Positions 27,078 to 35,729 of a DNA stretch of 49,405 nucleotides are shown piece after piece (position 1 is the stretch's first letter; each line of letters opens with the position of its first letter). The notes beneath the pieces were generated by a model that saw only the letters and a list, made by a program, of their open reading frames with translations, was not told the origin of the DNA and searched no databases. The position numbers and the translations under genes are program-made. The stretch is from a virus (Duplodnaviria; Caudoviricetes). The DNA is taken from the IMG/VR virus record IMGVR_UViG_3300020056_001855, positions 1-49,405 of that record; one strand, given 5' to 3'.

Positions 27078-27765
27078 TTACGTTGTTTGCCTAAAATGGG
27101 GCGACAAATACAGTAGTGAATATGTAAATAAACTTTATAAAATGGTGCAGCGTAATCTTACGCTGCCCTATGAATTTGTTTGTTTTACCGAAAATACTGA
27201 TGGTATTGATAAAGAAATTACCACAAAACCTTTACCTAATTTGCCACTAATAGGATGGTGGTTTAAACCTTGGATTTTTAGCAAAGAAACAGGGCTAAAT
27301 GGTACTGTATTATTTTTAGATTTAGACCTAATTGTTTTTAGAAACATAGATAATTTATTCACATATAAACCTGGAAGATTTTGTATCATAAGAGATTTCA
27401 ATCGAAAGTTCCATACAAATTGGAACCGTATGAATAGCAGTGTGTTTAGATTTGAAACTAAAGAGCATAGTAAGTATTATAGTGAATTTTCAAAACACAG
27501 TCAAAAATACACACGTAGATACAAAGGTGATCAGGACTTTATGTATGCCGTAGTTAGAGAGTTTGACTTTTGGCCAGACGAATGGATACAAAGTTATAAA
27601 TGGGAAATGCGGGGCAGACAACATTTAAAACTTATCAAAGGTAAAAGGAATTTTGTTACACCAGGCGATCCTAAAATATTACCTAAAACAAGTATAGCGG
27701 TGTTTCATGGAGAACCTAATATGGAAGAATGTGTTGACAACTGGTCAATGCAAAATTGGTGTTGA
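27055..27765 (+). CDS. GT-A glycosyltransferase (GT8-like)
   Basis: VVCLKWG.KY, WWFK, FLDLD, NSSV, GDQ, VFHG.P; GTG start after GGAG. Confidence 0.8.
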   Translation: MQSTKPTNYVVCLKWGDKYSSEYVNKLYKMVQRNLTLPYEFVCFTENTDGIDKEITTKPLPNLPLIGWWFKPWIFSKETGLNGTVLFLDLDLIVFRNIDNLFTYKPGRFCIIRDFNRKFHTNWNRMNSSVFRFETKEHSKYYSEFSKHSQKYTRRYKGDQDFMYAVVREFDFWPDEWIQSYKWEMRGRQHLKLIKGKRNFVTPGDPKILPKTSIAVFHGEPNMEECVDNWSMQNWC

Positions 27766-27790
27766 CAACCTTACTTTGATGTGTTAAATT
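27762..27790 (+). promoter_or_regulatory. sigma70-like early promoter
   Basis: TTGACA-N17-TAAATT with TG extension. Confidence 0.7.
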
Positions 27791-27815
27791 ACTTTACAGA
27801 CAATGAGGGATTGAT

Positions 27816-28334
27816 ATGAATACCTGGGTAATAAGCGACACACATTTTAATCATGCAAATATCCTTACATTTAAGGATTATGCTGGCAAACCTCCTAGAG
27901 TGTTTGACAATGTAGACCAAATGAACGAATGCATGATGGATAACTGGGTTGATTGTGTTGGACCTAATGACACAATATATCACTTAGGTGATGTCTTGTT
28001 TGGCGGAGATAAAGTAATTTGGTTGGAAAATAATTTTGCCAAATTGCCTGGTAAAAAACACTTGATATTGGGTAATCACGACAATCCTAAATTTCTTGCA
28101 CCTTTCTTCAAAAGTATTGCACTTTGGAAAGATTTGAGCGATATTGGACTGTTGTTGAGTCATACTCCTCAACATGAAAGCACACTTGCTGAATCTCATA
28201 GATTTGGCAATGATCCAATATTAAATGTTCATGGACACATACACAGTAATCCTTCGCCAGATGGACCTTACAAATGTGTTTGTGTTGAGCAAACTGATTT
28301 TGCTCCGGTCAACTTAGATTCACTTTTAGGTTGA
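27816..28334 (+). CDS. calcineurin-like metallophosphoesterase
   Basis: SDTHF, HLGD, GNHD, SH.P, HGHIH. Confidence 0.92.
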   Translation: MNTWVISDTHFNHANILTFKDYAGKPPRVFDNVDQMNECMMDNWVDCVGPNDTIYHLGDVLFGGDKVIWLENNFAKLPGKKHLILGNHDNPKFLAPFFKSIALWKDLSDIGLLLSHTPQHESTLAESHRFGNDPILNVHGHIHSNPSPDGPYKCVCVEQTDFAPVNLDSLLG

Positions 28335-28359
28335 CCATACACACTATATAGTGTATATT
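28331..28359 (+). promoter_or_regulatory. sigma70-like early promoter
   Basis: TTGACC-N17-TATATT. Confidence 0.7.
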
Positions 28360-28416
28360 AATCGTATAGCGCATTTGGTAGTCGGGAGGCAAATGCCCAA
28401 CTTAAAAGGAAACGTT

Positions 28417-28671
28417 ATGAACAGAGTTACTAAAAAATTCTTACTAAAACTATCACCATTTGCTATTGGAGTTGTCTATACTTGGATTGCTCTAGAAGTT
28501 GCTGGATTTGTATCAGATAGATCTGAAAATCCATTGCATGGAATCATAGCTGCAGGTATTATGATAGTAGGACCAATGATAGCTTACATGCTTCTAGAAA
28601 CTTGGCGTGATGCCAAGCGTGAAGTAGAATGGGAAAATCGTGAATTAGTTGATAGCATTAAAGATGCTTGA
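28417..28671 (+). CDS. two-TM membrane protein
   Basis: ATG 28417 (AAGGA upstream; alternative start 28393); two hydrophobic helices. Confidence 0.65.
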   Translation: MNRVTKKFLLKLSPFAIGVVYTWIALEVAGFVSDRSENPLHGIIAAGIMIVGPMIAYMLLETWRDAKREVEWENRELVDSIKDA

Positions 28672-28975
28672 TAATCACGCAGCAAAGATATTCGAAAATA
28701 ATATCAATATGATGGTGCCATGGTATCTCATGGCATCATACGCTTACTACAAACAAGATGACGCTATCTTTTCAGATGGCTTCTTTGACGAAATGGGCAA
28801 AACAATGTTGGCCTGTTGGGATAACATTGAACATTTCCACAAAGAATACATTACCAAAGGCGATTTAGAAGCAGGTACATTTTTGGGCGAGTATCCAAGT
28901 CGTGTAGAAGGTGGATTAGCAGAAGTGCGCAAAAAGTTTTACACTAAAACAGGTAAGGTAAGAAAAAATGTCTAG
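28664..28975 (+). CDS. stand-alone NAD-dependent DNA ligase domain-Ia-like protein
   Basis: ASYAYYKQDDAIFSDGFFD matches the LigA Ia YY..D.P.ISD..YD motif; no catalytic KxDG. Confidence 0.65.
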   Translation: MLDNHAAKIFENNINMMVPWYLMASYAYYKQDDAIFSDGFFDEMGKTMLACWDNIEHFHKEYITKGDLEAGTFLGEYPSRVEGGLAEVRKKFYTKTGKVRKNV

Positions 28976-28998
28976 TAAACATGCTCTTGAAATATTTC

Positions 28999-29027
28999 TT
29001 GACTAATACAGAAATTAAGGTTAGTAT
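28999..29027 (+). promoter_or_regulatory. sigma70-like early promoter
   Basis: TTGACT-N17-TAGTAT; ATG follows 5 nt later (leaderless candidate). Confidence 0.65.
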
Positions 29028-29032
29028 ATAAT

Positions 29033-29206
29033 ATGATTAGAACTTATATGATGTATGCAGGTCTTACTTTTCTTGGCTATGAGTATGGCGAGACAGAAGA
29101 CGCAGTAATTTTTCGCACGGTGGCAAAATTTGGTCATCCAAACAAATGGAATGAAGATGAATATACAGCAAAACTTATTCCACATCCACAAGAGGTAACA
29201 GCGTGA
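29033..29206 (+). CDS. 57-aa hypothetical protein (not in ORF track)
   Basis: MIRTYMMYAGLTFLGYEYGE...PQEVTA*; GTGA overlap with the uvsE start. Confidence 0.6.
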   Translation: MIRTYMMYAGLTFLGYEYGETEDAVIFRTVAKFGHPNKWNEDEYTAKLIPHPQEVTA

Positions 29207-30279
29207 ACGATTTAAAGTTTACAAGTGCAGGTGACTATTTGAAATCGCAGCAGAAGCGTATTGGCTTTGCTTGCAAGTACTTACATTACAATCAAAACCA
29301 AAAGAAAAAAGTGCTTGAAGAATTACAGCGTCCACTTACAGAAAAGTGTACCACGGTGGCGTGGCTAAATAGACAAACAAAGGACGTTGCAGAAGAACGT
29401 TTGTGGGACATTATGGTACACAACGCAGCAGCAGCAAAAAGGTTAGTAGAATATGTGGGAAGCCTTCCTCCAGAACTTCGTATGGTCCGATTGGGTAGCA
29501 ATCAGCTTCCTTGTGCTACCGAGTCTAGCTGGCGCTATTTTTGGTCTCTTCCTGACGTGGTGGCGTACTGCGAAAAACACTACGCAGCAGTCGGTGAAGC
29601 AGCCAGACGCTTGGATGTTAGACTCTCAATGCACCCAGGACAATTTACGGTCCTTGCTTCAGATAACGATGAAATCGTCGAAAGGTCAATAGATGAATTT
29701 GAATATCACGTCAACTTACTACGGTGGATGGGCTACGGCAAGAAGTTCCAAGACTTCAAGTGTAATGTCCACATATCAGGCAGAAAAGGTCCAGCCGGTA
29801 TCAAAGACGTCCTTAAACGTCTCTCGCCAGAAGCACGAAACACTATTACTATCGAGAACGACGAAAACTCGTGGGGACTCGACGCCAGCCTTGAGCTTGC
29901 AAACGATCTCGCTTTGGTGCTAGACATACACCACCATTGGGTGAAAACAGGAGAATACATTGAACCAGATGATGACCGTATTGGAATTATTATTGATAGT
30001 TGGCGTGGTGAGCGTCCTGCTTTACACTATTCTTTATGCCGTGAGGATTACTTACAAAATGCTGATCCAAGTATACGACCGGACATGGACACACTACTTG
30101 AATCCGGACATAAAAAACAAAAATTAAGAGCACATTCAGACTATTGTTGGAATACTGCTTGTAATGAATGGGCATTATCACATTGGGAATGGGGTGACAT
30201 TATGGTAGAAGCTAAGATGAAAAACTTAGCCAGTGGTCAACTTTACAGCATGACAGAGGAATCAAAAGAGGCAGCATAA
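29203..30279 (+). CDS. uvsE: UV damage endonuclease (UvsE/UVDE)
   Basis: IGFACK, RLSMHPGQF.VL.S, NVH, IENDE, LDIHHH, RAHSD, DIMVEAK.K. Confidence 0.93.
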   Translation: MNDLKFTSAGDYLKSQQKRIGFACKYLHYNQNQKKKVLEELQRPLTEKCTTVAWLNRQTKDVAEERLWDIMVHNAAAAKRLVEYVGSLPPELRMVRLGSNQLPCATESSWRYFWSLPDVVAYCEKHYAAVGEAARRLDVRLSMHPGQFTVLASDNDEIVERSIDEFEYHVNLLRWMGYGKKFQDFKCNVHISGRKGPAGIKDVLKRLSPEARNTITIENDENSWGLDASLELANDLALVLDIHHHWVKTGEYIEPDDDRIGIIIDSWRGERPALHYSLCREDYLQNADPSIRPDMDTLLESGHKKQKLRAHSDYCWNTACNEWALSHWEWGDIMVEAKMKNLASGQLYSMTEESKEAA

Positions 30280-30578
30280 TGGCAATTTTAGAGTTATCAA
30301 GTTTTGAAATGATTGAGAAAGCTGACATCCTTGGAGATAGTCAGTGTGTTCTTGCCTTTGGCGACGAATACGAACTTAGTATCATTAGTGGTCAAGGTGC
30401 ATATAGCACTAAAAATGCTCCTTATGAAATAGCTGTAATTAAAAACGGTGACCTAGTTGAAATGCCTGGCATCACCGACGAAGATGATACCGTAAAAGGT
30501 TACTTGACAGAAGCAGATGTTGGTGCTATAATTAAGAAAATGTACTTGATAACTGGCACAACACCGAGGCAAATATGA
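30279..30578 (+). CDS. hypothetical phage protein
   Basis: TAATG overlap; YELSII..YEIAV..VKGYLT pattern. Confidence 0.7.
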   Translation: MAILELSSFEMIEKADILGDSQCVLAFGDEYELSIISGQGAYSTKNAPYEIAVIKNGDLVEMPGITDEDDTVKGYLTEADVGAIIKKMYLITGTTPRQI

Positions 30579-30976
30579 TCTATGTTCAAGGCGGCACTAA
30601 AGCACAACGTGAATATGCATACAGCATGGCTGACTATGTATGTAACAAGTTCAATATTAATCCAGATGTAGAAATATACTTTCGTAGATTAACAAACGAT
30701 AGAAGTCTTGGTGGCTGTGTTTGTGTAGATAAAAATGAATATGAAATAGATATCAAACGCAGTTTGCGACTGCGTGATATGCTAACTACATTAGCACATG
30801 AGCTTGTACATGTAAAACAATACGAACTAGGCCAACTCAATCATTGTGCAGAAGAAGAATTTGATTATTGGGACAAACCCAGTGAAATTGAAGCACATGG
30901 TCGCGAAGTGGGTTTGTTTGTTACTTGGGCAGAAAAAAACAACCTAGCATCAAAAAAATGGACACAAACTGGTTGA
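30575..30976 (+). CDS. HExxH zinc metallopeptidase-like protein
   Basis: TLAHELVHVKQY...PSEIEA. Confidence 0.8.
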   Translation: MIYVQGGTKAQREYAYSMADYVCNKFNINPDVEIYFRRLTNDRSLGGCVCVDKNEYEIDIKRSLRLRDMLTTLAHELVHVKQYELGQLNHCAEEEFDYWDKPSEIEAHGREVGLFVTWAEKNNLASKKWTQTG

Positions 30977-31001
30977 CATTTAATAATATATAAGCTATAT
31001 T
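30973..31001 (+). promoter_or_regulatory. sigma70-like early promoter
   Basis: TTGACA-N17-TATATT; leader hairpin GGAACA-TTG-TGTTCC at 31017-31031. Confidence 0.75.
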
Positions 31002-31061
31002 AAATACATGAAGCAAGGAACATTGTGTTCCAAGCAGTCTTATAGTAAGATGGAGAAAAAA

Positions 31062-32150
31062 ATGGCTAAAAGACTTACCCGCAAACTGACTGATGTAATT
31101 GCAGAAGTAAAGATCACTCTCGCAGCAGAGTATGGAATTACCCAAGAACAACTAGATGCATTACGAACACGAGTAGATGCTAACGGACATAAGTTTCCAG
31201 TTGGCAGTATGATGCTTCCAATTGATCTATTGTGGATTGATTATGAAGTACAGCGTGATGTAATCATCAAACACATTATCAGCATTATCAAACGTTACGA
31301 TCCACGTCTGTGTTCACCAGCAAGTGCGTGTACAGATGTATTTGACATTGATAACCAAAAGTCCCCTATTATGACATTTGACGGTCAGCACCGTACTATT
31401 GCAACAGCAGTGCTAGGCTTTACACATATTCCTTGTATTGTAGTTGAAACAGACGACATCCAATTCCCAAGTTATGCTTTTGAAGAGTGCAACATGAGCA
31501 CCAAGAAACTTGGCCCGCAAGACATTCACCGCAACCGACTAACACGTTATAAGTTAGGTAGCCGCGAGCAGAAGAATGTTATTGCTCGTACACTGCAAGA
31601 TCAGTTTGACAAAACAGGTGTTGACTTGGAAGACAAAGGCACACGTAAATCACCAGCCATGCGTGGTGACAACGATTACTTCTTTAGTCACTTCAAGTAT
31701 GCAGAAAAAGTGATTGAAGCAGACAACAGTGGCAAACTGATTTACAACATTTTGCAAAACATCACCACAGTGTTTCCACTGCAAGAGGAAGTCGATCAAG
31801 GTGTGTTTATTGGATTGTATGAACTGGCACGACTAGATCAGAATCATCGCGAACTACCAGACTACTGGATGGAAGATGTATTGCGCAGTGTTAAGAAAAG
31901 TTTTAACAGCAGTGCTATTGTACACAGCAAAGCCAAACGTCAGTGGGAACATGTTAACCCAGGTGCAACTTGGAGTGCTCCTAGTGCTATGGCAAACTTC
32001 TTGCGTGAAGTGTATATTATGAACGGTGGTAAAATCAACTTGCCTTATCACGGAGAAGGTGCTAAGATGCAAGTAGCAACTAATCCAGTTCCTGGATTGT
32101 TTCCACGTAGTGAGCCACGCCCAATGACACTAGCATCGGCACTAGCATAA
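31062..32150 (+). CDS. ParB/Srx-fold DGQHR domain protein
   Basis: IDYEVQRD...FDGQHRT...FEECN; start moved to ATG 31062 (GGAG). Confidence 0.8.
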   Translation: MAKRLTRKLTDVIAEVKITLAAEYGITQEQLDALRTRVDANGHKFPVGSMMLPIDLLWIDYEVQRDVIIKHIISIIKRYDPRLCSPASACTDVFDIDNQKSPIMTFDGQHRTIATAVLGFTHIPCIVVETDDIQFPSYAFEECNMSTKKLGPQDIHRNRLTRYKLGSREQKNVIARTLQDQFDKTGVDLEDKGTRKSPAMRGDNDYFFSHFKYAEKVIEADNSGKLIYNILQNITTVFPLQEEVDQGVFIGLYELARLDQNHRELPDYWMEDVLRSVKKSFNSSAIVHSKAKRQWEHVNPGATWSAPSAMANFLREVYIMNGGKINLPYHGEGAKMQVATNPVPGLFPRSEPRPMTLASALA

Positions 32151-32695
32151 TGTTACGTGAAGCATTAGAAAACTTTAACGCTCCTGTGTATGTTCGCACA
32201 AAGCGTAGCACAGAATCATATGCGGCAACAGCCGCATATGTTACAGCAAACTTAGAACGTCTTGTTGAACTGTATCGCAACACAAAAAACGATGAACAAA
32301 CATACAGATTGATCCGTGATGACATTGACAATGCACTTCGTCGCTATCATCAGTACTGCATCAAAGAAAATATTGGTGCTCACTACATTGAACGTGGACT
32401 AGAAGGCAATGGTATCTTTGAACACATGGTTCCAGCAAGCACCATACGTGATTTGCTAATCGCACAAGTGATTACACCTAAACAAGCATGTAACATGCCT
32501 ACTTGTAAATTAAGCAAAGAGCGTGACGATAAACTGCGTGAAGCAGGTTGGGCAAGCAAGACGCCAGACATTTATAACTTTTGGAAACGTTACGAATACA
32601 GTTTTGAAACAAAAGACTTGTTCGAAACGTATGATGGTGTGAATGTTAATACAGCAATGACATTAGACGAACACTTTGAAAGGTTTGTACAATGA
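32150..32695 (+). CDS. HNH-like (EHxxP) protein
   Basis: IFEHMVP..TCKLSKERDDKL..KRY; TAATG overlap. Confidence 0.5.
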   Translation: MLREALENFNAPVYVRTKRSTESYAATAAYVTANLERLVELYRNTKNDEQTYRLIRDDIDNALRRYHQYCIKENIGAHYIERGLEGNGIFEHMVPASTIRDLLIAQVITPKQACNMPTCKLSKERDDKLREAGWASKTPDIYNFWKRYEYSFETKDLFETYDGVNVNTAMTLDEHFERFVQ

Positions 32696-33624
32696 GTATT
32701 TTAAACAGTTTTAAAGTTCCTTTTGAAGAATCACGTGAGTGGGACGAAAAAGTAGGCACAGCAGAAATCCGTAGACTAAACTTGTGCGGTAAACTTGTAA
32801 AAAGTAAAGGCAATGTATATCAACACAAAAAAGACATGTTGTTGGAAAGTGGCTTTATTACCAACGATGACTACCAATGGCTCACTAACAACATAGAATC
32901 TGATCAATGGATGAATACTTATTGTGTTAAAGAAGCAGGACATAACGGTGCTTGCAGTTGCAATCCATATCTGCCAAAAGGAAAAGATAAAGTTTCAAAA
33001 GGCATAGAACAAAAATTAAAGGATCCGTTGACCAATCCAGGTGACGATCCAAACAAAGGTGCAAACAGATCACACAAACGCAACTTTCCTCTTGCTTTTG
33101 ATAAAAATGATAGAGCACGTTGGTATGAATACAACAAAGAAACTGGCTTCCGCAAAGAACTACAAAATATTGCACTACGTTTGCCAATGGTAAGTAGTCC
33201 TTTGATGATGGCACTTGCATACATTGATATGTTTGCTTGCATATGGTACAGCAAAGACAGTAGACAGTATCTAGATGTTACACCTGAATTTGAAAGCATA
33301 TTGGATCAACGTTGGAAAGAACTAAAACAATTCTATGCAGGTAAAAAATTAAAAATTTACAACGACAATGATCAACTACAAGATCCTATACTGTGGGAAA
33401 CAATTGAAATTGATTGGTATGGCAAAGGACATGAAGATCTAAAAGGCATACAATTTGGACATGTAGATCCAATTAGAGAAGACATGTGGATGACTCGTCC
33501 AAACAATGTGTTGCCTATCACAAGAGAAACAAATTTAAATCAAAGCAGTGCAAGTTTGTATGATGTAATGGATCGTATGCGTACTAGTGTTCGTTTACAA
33601 GATGCCTGGGAAGAAAGTTTATAA
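32692..33624 (+). CDS. putative HNH (beta-beta-alpha-Me) endonuclease
   Basis: C-terminal QFGHVDP..RPNNV..TRETNLNQ; CVKEAGHNGAC putative metal site; ATGA overlap. Confidence 0.6.
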   Translation: MSILNSFKVPFEESREWDEKVGTAEIRRLNLCGKLVKSKGNVYQHKKDMLLESGFITNDDYQWLTNNIESDQWMNTYCVKEAGHNGACSCNPYLPKGKDKVSKGIEQKLKDPLTNPGDDPNKGANRSHKRNFPLAFDKNDRARWYEYNKETGFRKELQNIALRLPMVSSPLMMALAYIDMFACIWYSKDSRQYLDVTPEFESILDQRWKELKQFYAGKKLKIYNDNDQLQDPILWETIEIDWYGKGHEDLKGIQFGHVDPIREDMWMTRPNNVLPITRETNLNQSSASLYDVMDRMRTSVRLQDAWEESL

Positions 33625-33627
33625 ATA
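33620..33627 (+). promoter_or_regulatory. T4-late-like promoter TATAAATA
   Basis: Exact consensus, 4 nt before ATG 33632. Confidence 0.7.
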
Positions 33628-33631
33628 CGTT

Positions 33632-33922
33632 ATGAGTTATTTAAGTCAAATGTATGGAGCAAAGGCTCCCCAAGCAATTACTAAAGATAAAAATCCTAAC
33701 CGTGTACTAGGCGGCCTCAAAGGAGCAGGCGTAAACAGCTTTACTATGCTTGGCGAGGATGAACAAGAAAAACAGATTCCAACTTATGCTTATGTACAAG
33801 CATTGGAAGAAAAAGTAAAACAGCAAGATGCAAAACTAGCTGTTTTAGAAAAACAAATTAGGAGACTTAACAATGATCAAAAAATGGATAGAGCAGCGTT
33901 TAGCAGAACGCACAACACTTGA
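33632..33922 (+). CDS. hypothetical protein with C-terminal coiled coil
   Basis: Start moved to ATG 33632; heptads VQALEEKVKQQDAKLAVLEKQIRRL. Confidence 0.7.
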   Translation: MSYLSQMYGAKAPQAITKDKNPNRVLGGLKGAGVNSFTMLGEDEQEKQIPTYAYVQALEEKVKQQDAKLAVLEKQIRRLNNDQKMDRAAFSRTHNT

Positions 33923-34037
33923 TGGTGCAATTTTAGTTGCAGCAGGTATTTGCTTTTTAATTTTTAAACCTATTGCAGCCGCAGTTGCTTATGCAGCAAT
34001 CGCATATGGGGCTTGGACTATTTGGAAATCCGAGTAA
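33873..34037 (+). CDS. 54-aa two-TM membrane protein (not in ORF track)
   Basis: AGGAG RBS; MIKKWIEQRLAERTTLDGAILVAAGICFLIFKPIAAAVAYAAIAYGAWTIWKSE*. Confidence 0.75.
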   Translation: MIKKWIEQRLAERTTLDGAILVAAGICFLIFKPIAAAVAYAAIAYGAWTIWKSE

Positions 34038-34618
34038 AACATTATCAAAGTATTATAAATCACAACAAAATGTTCGCATACATATTCCTTCCTAAATGTG
34101 GAGGTTGTAGTGTGTGCGAATATTTGCAAGAACTAGACGATTGGGATATTCCTGCAAAGGCTCCTGAACTTGCAAATGATACAAATATTATTATTCCACC
34201 TAACTACAAAATATTCACTGTGGTTAGAGAACCTGTTAGCTGGGTGCTCAGTGGCTACAGAATGTTCAAGCAACGTAGAAACTATAACTTCTCTATTACA
34301 GAACACTTAGAACTGCTGAGAAATCCACATAATGTTTTTACTCATTATAGAGATACAAGAAACGATTGGGCAGACTGGTGGTGGCATTGTGGCATAACGC
34401 CAGACAAACATTTTGAAAAATACCCTAATGTACAGGTTTTTAAACTAAACGAATTACATAAACTACAAAACTATCTCGGTCATCACTTTAACACCGAAGG
34501 CATTTCATTTCCACACACTAATCAAACAGAGCCGGAAGATATAGAATTAAGTAATTATGATAAAAAATTAATTAGCGAAATAACTTATTTTTACAATCTA
34601 AAGTTTATTAATTGGTAA
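34013..34618 (+). CDS. sulfotransferase family 2-like protein (start uncertain)
   Basis: YIFLPKCGGCSV (5'-PSB-like), FTVVREP..WVLSGY, PHTN. Confidence 0.75.
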   Translation: MDYLEIRVKHYQSIINHNKMFAYIFLPKCGGCSVCEYLQELDDWDIPAKAPELANDTNIIIPPNYKIFTVVREPVSWVLSGYRMFKQRRNYNFSITEHLELLRNPHNVFTHYRDTRNDWADWWWHCGITPDKHFEKYPNVQVFKLNELHKLQNYLGHHFNTEGISFPHTNQTEPEDIELSNYDKKLISEITYFYNLKFINW

Positions 34619-34885
34619 ACTACTACTAGCACTAAGACTCCAAACTTTTTTCCTGTCTACACCTTTTTTCTGTGCAAATCTTTTTGCATCACAGTTTTCG
34701 CAAACATGAAAGTAGTTATTGCTCAATCTTTTTGGATCCATTTTACCACGTTCTCTTGTAAACTCATCTTCGCAGTTATCACATCTAAATAATACCATTG
34801 TTTTTTTGCGATTGTAAGTGTGTTGCTTGCCAAGTTTACTGCGCCGCATATGCCATGTATCAATAAGATATTGTTTTATGTACAT
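34598..34885 (-). CDS. small basic zinc-finger protein
   Basis: CDNC...HVCENC; TAATG-coupled to the upstream minus-strand gene. Confidence 0.75.
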   Translation of the reverse strand: MYIKQYLIDTWHMRRSKLGKQHTYNRKKTMVLFRCDNCEDEFTRERGKMDPKRLSNNYFHVCENCDAKRFAQKKGVDRKKVWSLSASSSLPINKL

Positions 34886-35670
34886 TATAGTTTTCCTATT
34901 ACATTTTTAATTATCTTATTTGATTTTACTAAAAATCGTAGCTTATTAATTGCTATGTTTATTCTTGCTACATATCCTAATTTTATCATTTCTTCTTGTA
35001 TATCATCATAATTTAAAATCAGTTCACGTTTTAAATAGTCAGGATTTACTTGTGGTCTTTTAAAGAAATTGATTCCATACAATGATCTGAGTTTTTCAAT
35101 ATCATTATCATTGTTAAATATGTCTTCACTTATAATTAGATTATCAATAGGTGTTAATTTATCTATGAATTTTTCTAATTGATTTACTTTCCAATCTATA
35201 TCTTTTGCAGGATCAAATTCTAAGTTAAAAGGATTCATATTCATTTTTTTTACATGATTTAAATTTTTAAATCTCGGATCGGTCAACCTACCACTTATAC
35301 CCTGTGCTACAATGTCTTTTCTAAATAACCAAATAACATGATTTTGTTCAAGAAATTTTTGATAAAATTCTTCTTGTATATGGTACAAGTGCCAACCTAT
35401 CCACATTTTTAAAATTACTGGTTTGTTATCGACATTGTATTCTTTAAAAGTGTTAAATTGTTCTTCAAACGTAGCTTCTCTGTCGTTAAATTCTGCTTGT
35501 AAAAAAACAAAATTTTTCTTTTTTACTTCTATTATTTTGTCAATACTTTTGCCTCTACAAAAAATTTCAGCAGCATTGATATAATTTAATTTTTCGTTTT
35601 CTACAAAAGCATCTAAGAAGTTGGTAGATCCGCTTCTTCCAAAACAAAGTACAATAATATTCTTTTTCAT
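34885..35670 (-). CDS. Stf0-like sulfotransferase
   Basis: CFGRSGST 5'-PSB motif, EIF, ILKM, WLFRKD..AQGIS; start at ATG 35670. Confidence 0.7.
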   Translation of the reverse strand: MKKNIIVLCFGRSGSTNFLDAFVENEKLNYINAAEIFCRGKSIDKIIEVKKKNFVFLQAEFNDREATFEEQFNTFKEYNVDNKPVILKMWIGWHLYHIQEEFYQKFLEQNHVIWLFRKDIVAQGISGRLTDPRFKNLNHVKKMNMNPFNLEFDPAKDIDWKVNQLEKFIDKLTPIDNLIISEDIFNNDNDIEKLRSLYGINFFKRPQVNPDYLKRELILNYDDIQEEMIKLGYVARINIAINKLRFLVKSNKIIKNVIGKL

Positions 35671-35675
35671 AACTA

Positions 35676-35711
35676 TATTTACATTAAGATTATAAAAATT
35701 AACCATAAATA
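35676..35711. promoter_or_regulatory. divergent late-like promoters
   Basis: GTAAATA on the minus strand (35676-35682) 5 nt before ATG 35670; ATAAATA on the plus strand (35705-35711). Confidence 0.55.
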
Positions 35712-35729
35712 CGAATAGGAGAATAAATT

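Noticed and set aside
26631-27765. Complete 7-deazaguanine DNA-modification pathway
   Set aside because: Only queD is present. folE, queC and dpdA are not in the window, and none of the rSAMs has the QueE-type layout, so the pathway cannot be asserted.
27731-27769. Direct repeat GTGTTGACAAC x2
   Set aside because: There are only two copies. One is a promoter -35 and the other has no good -10. It is not an array or a clear att site.
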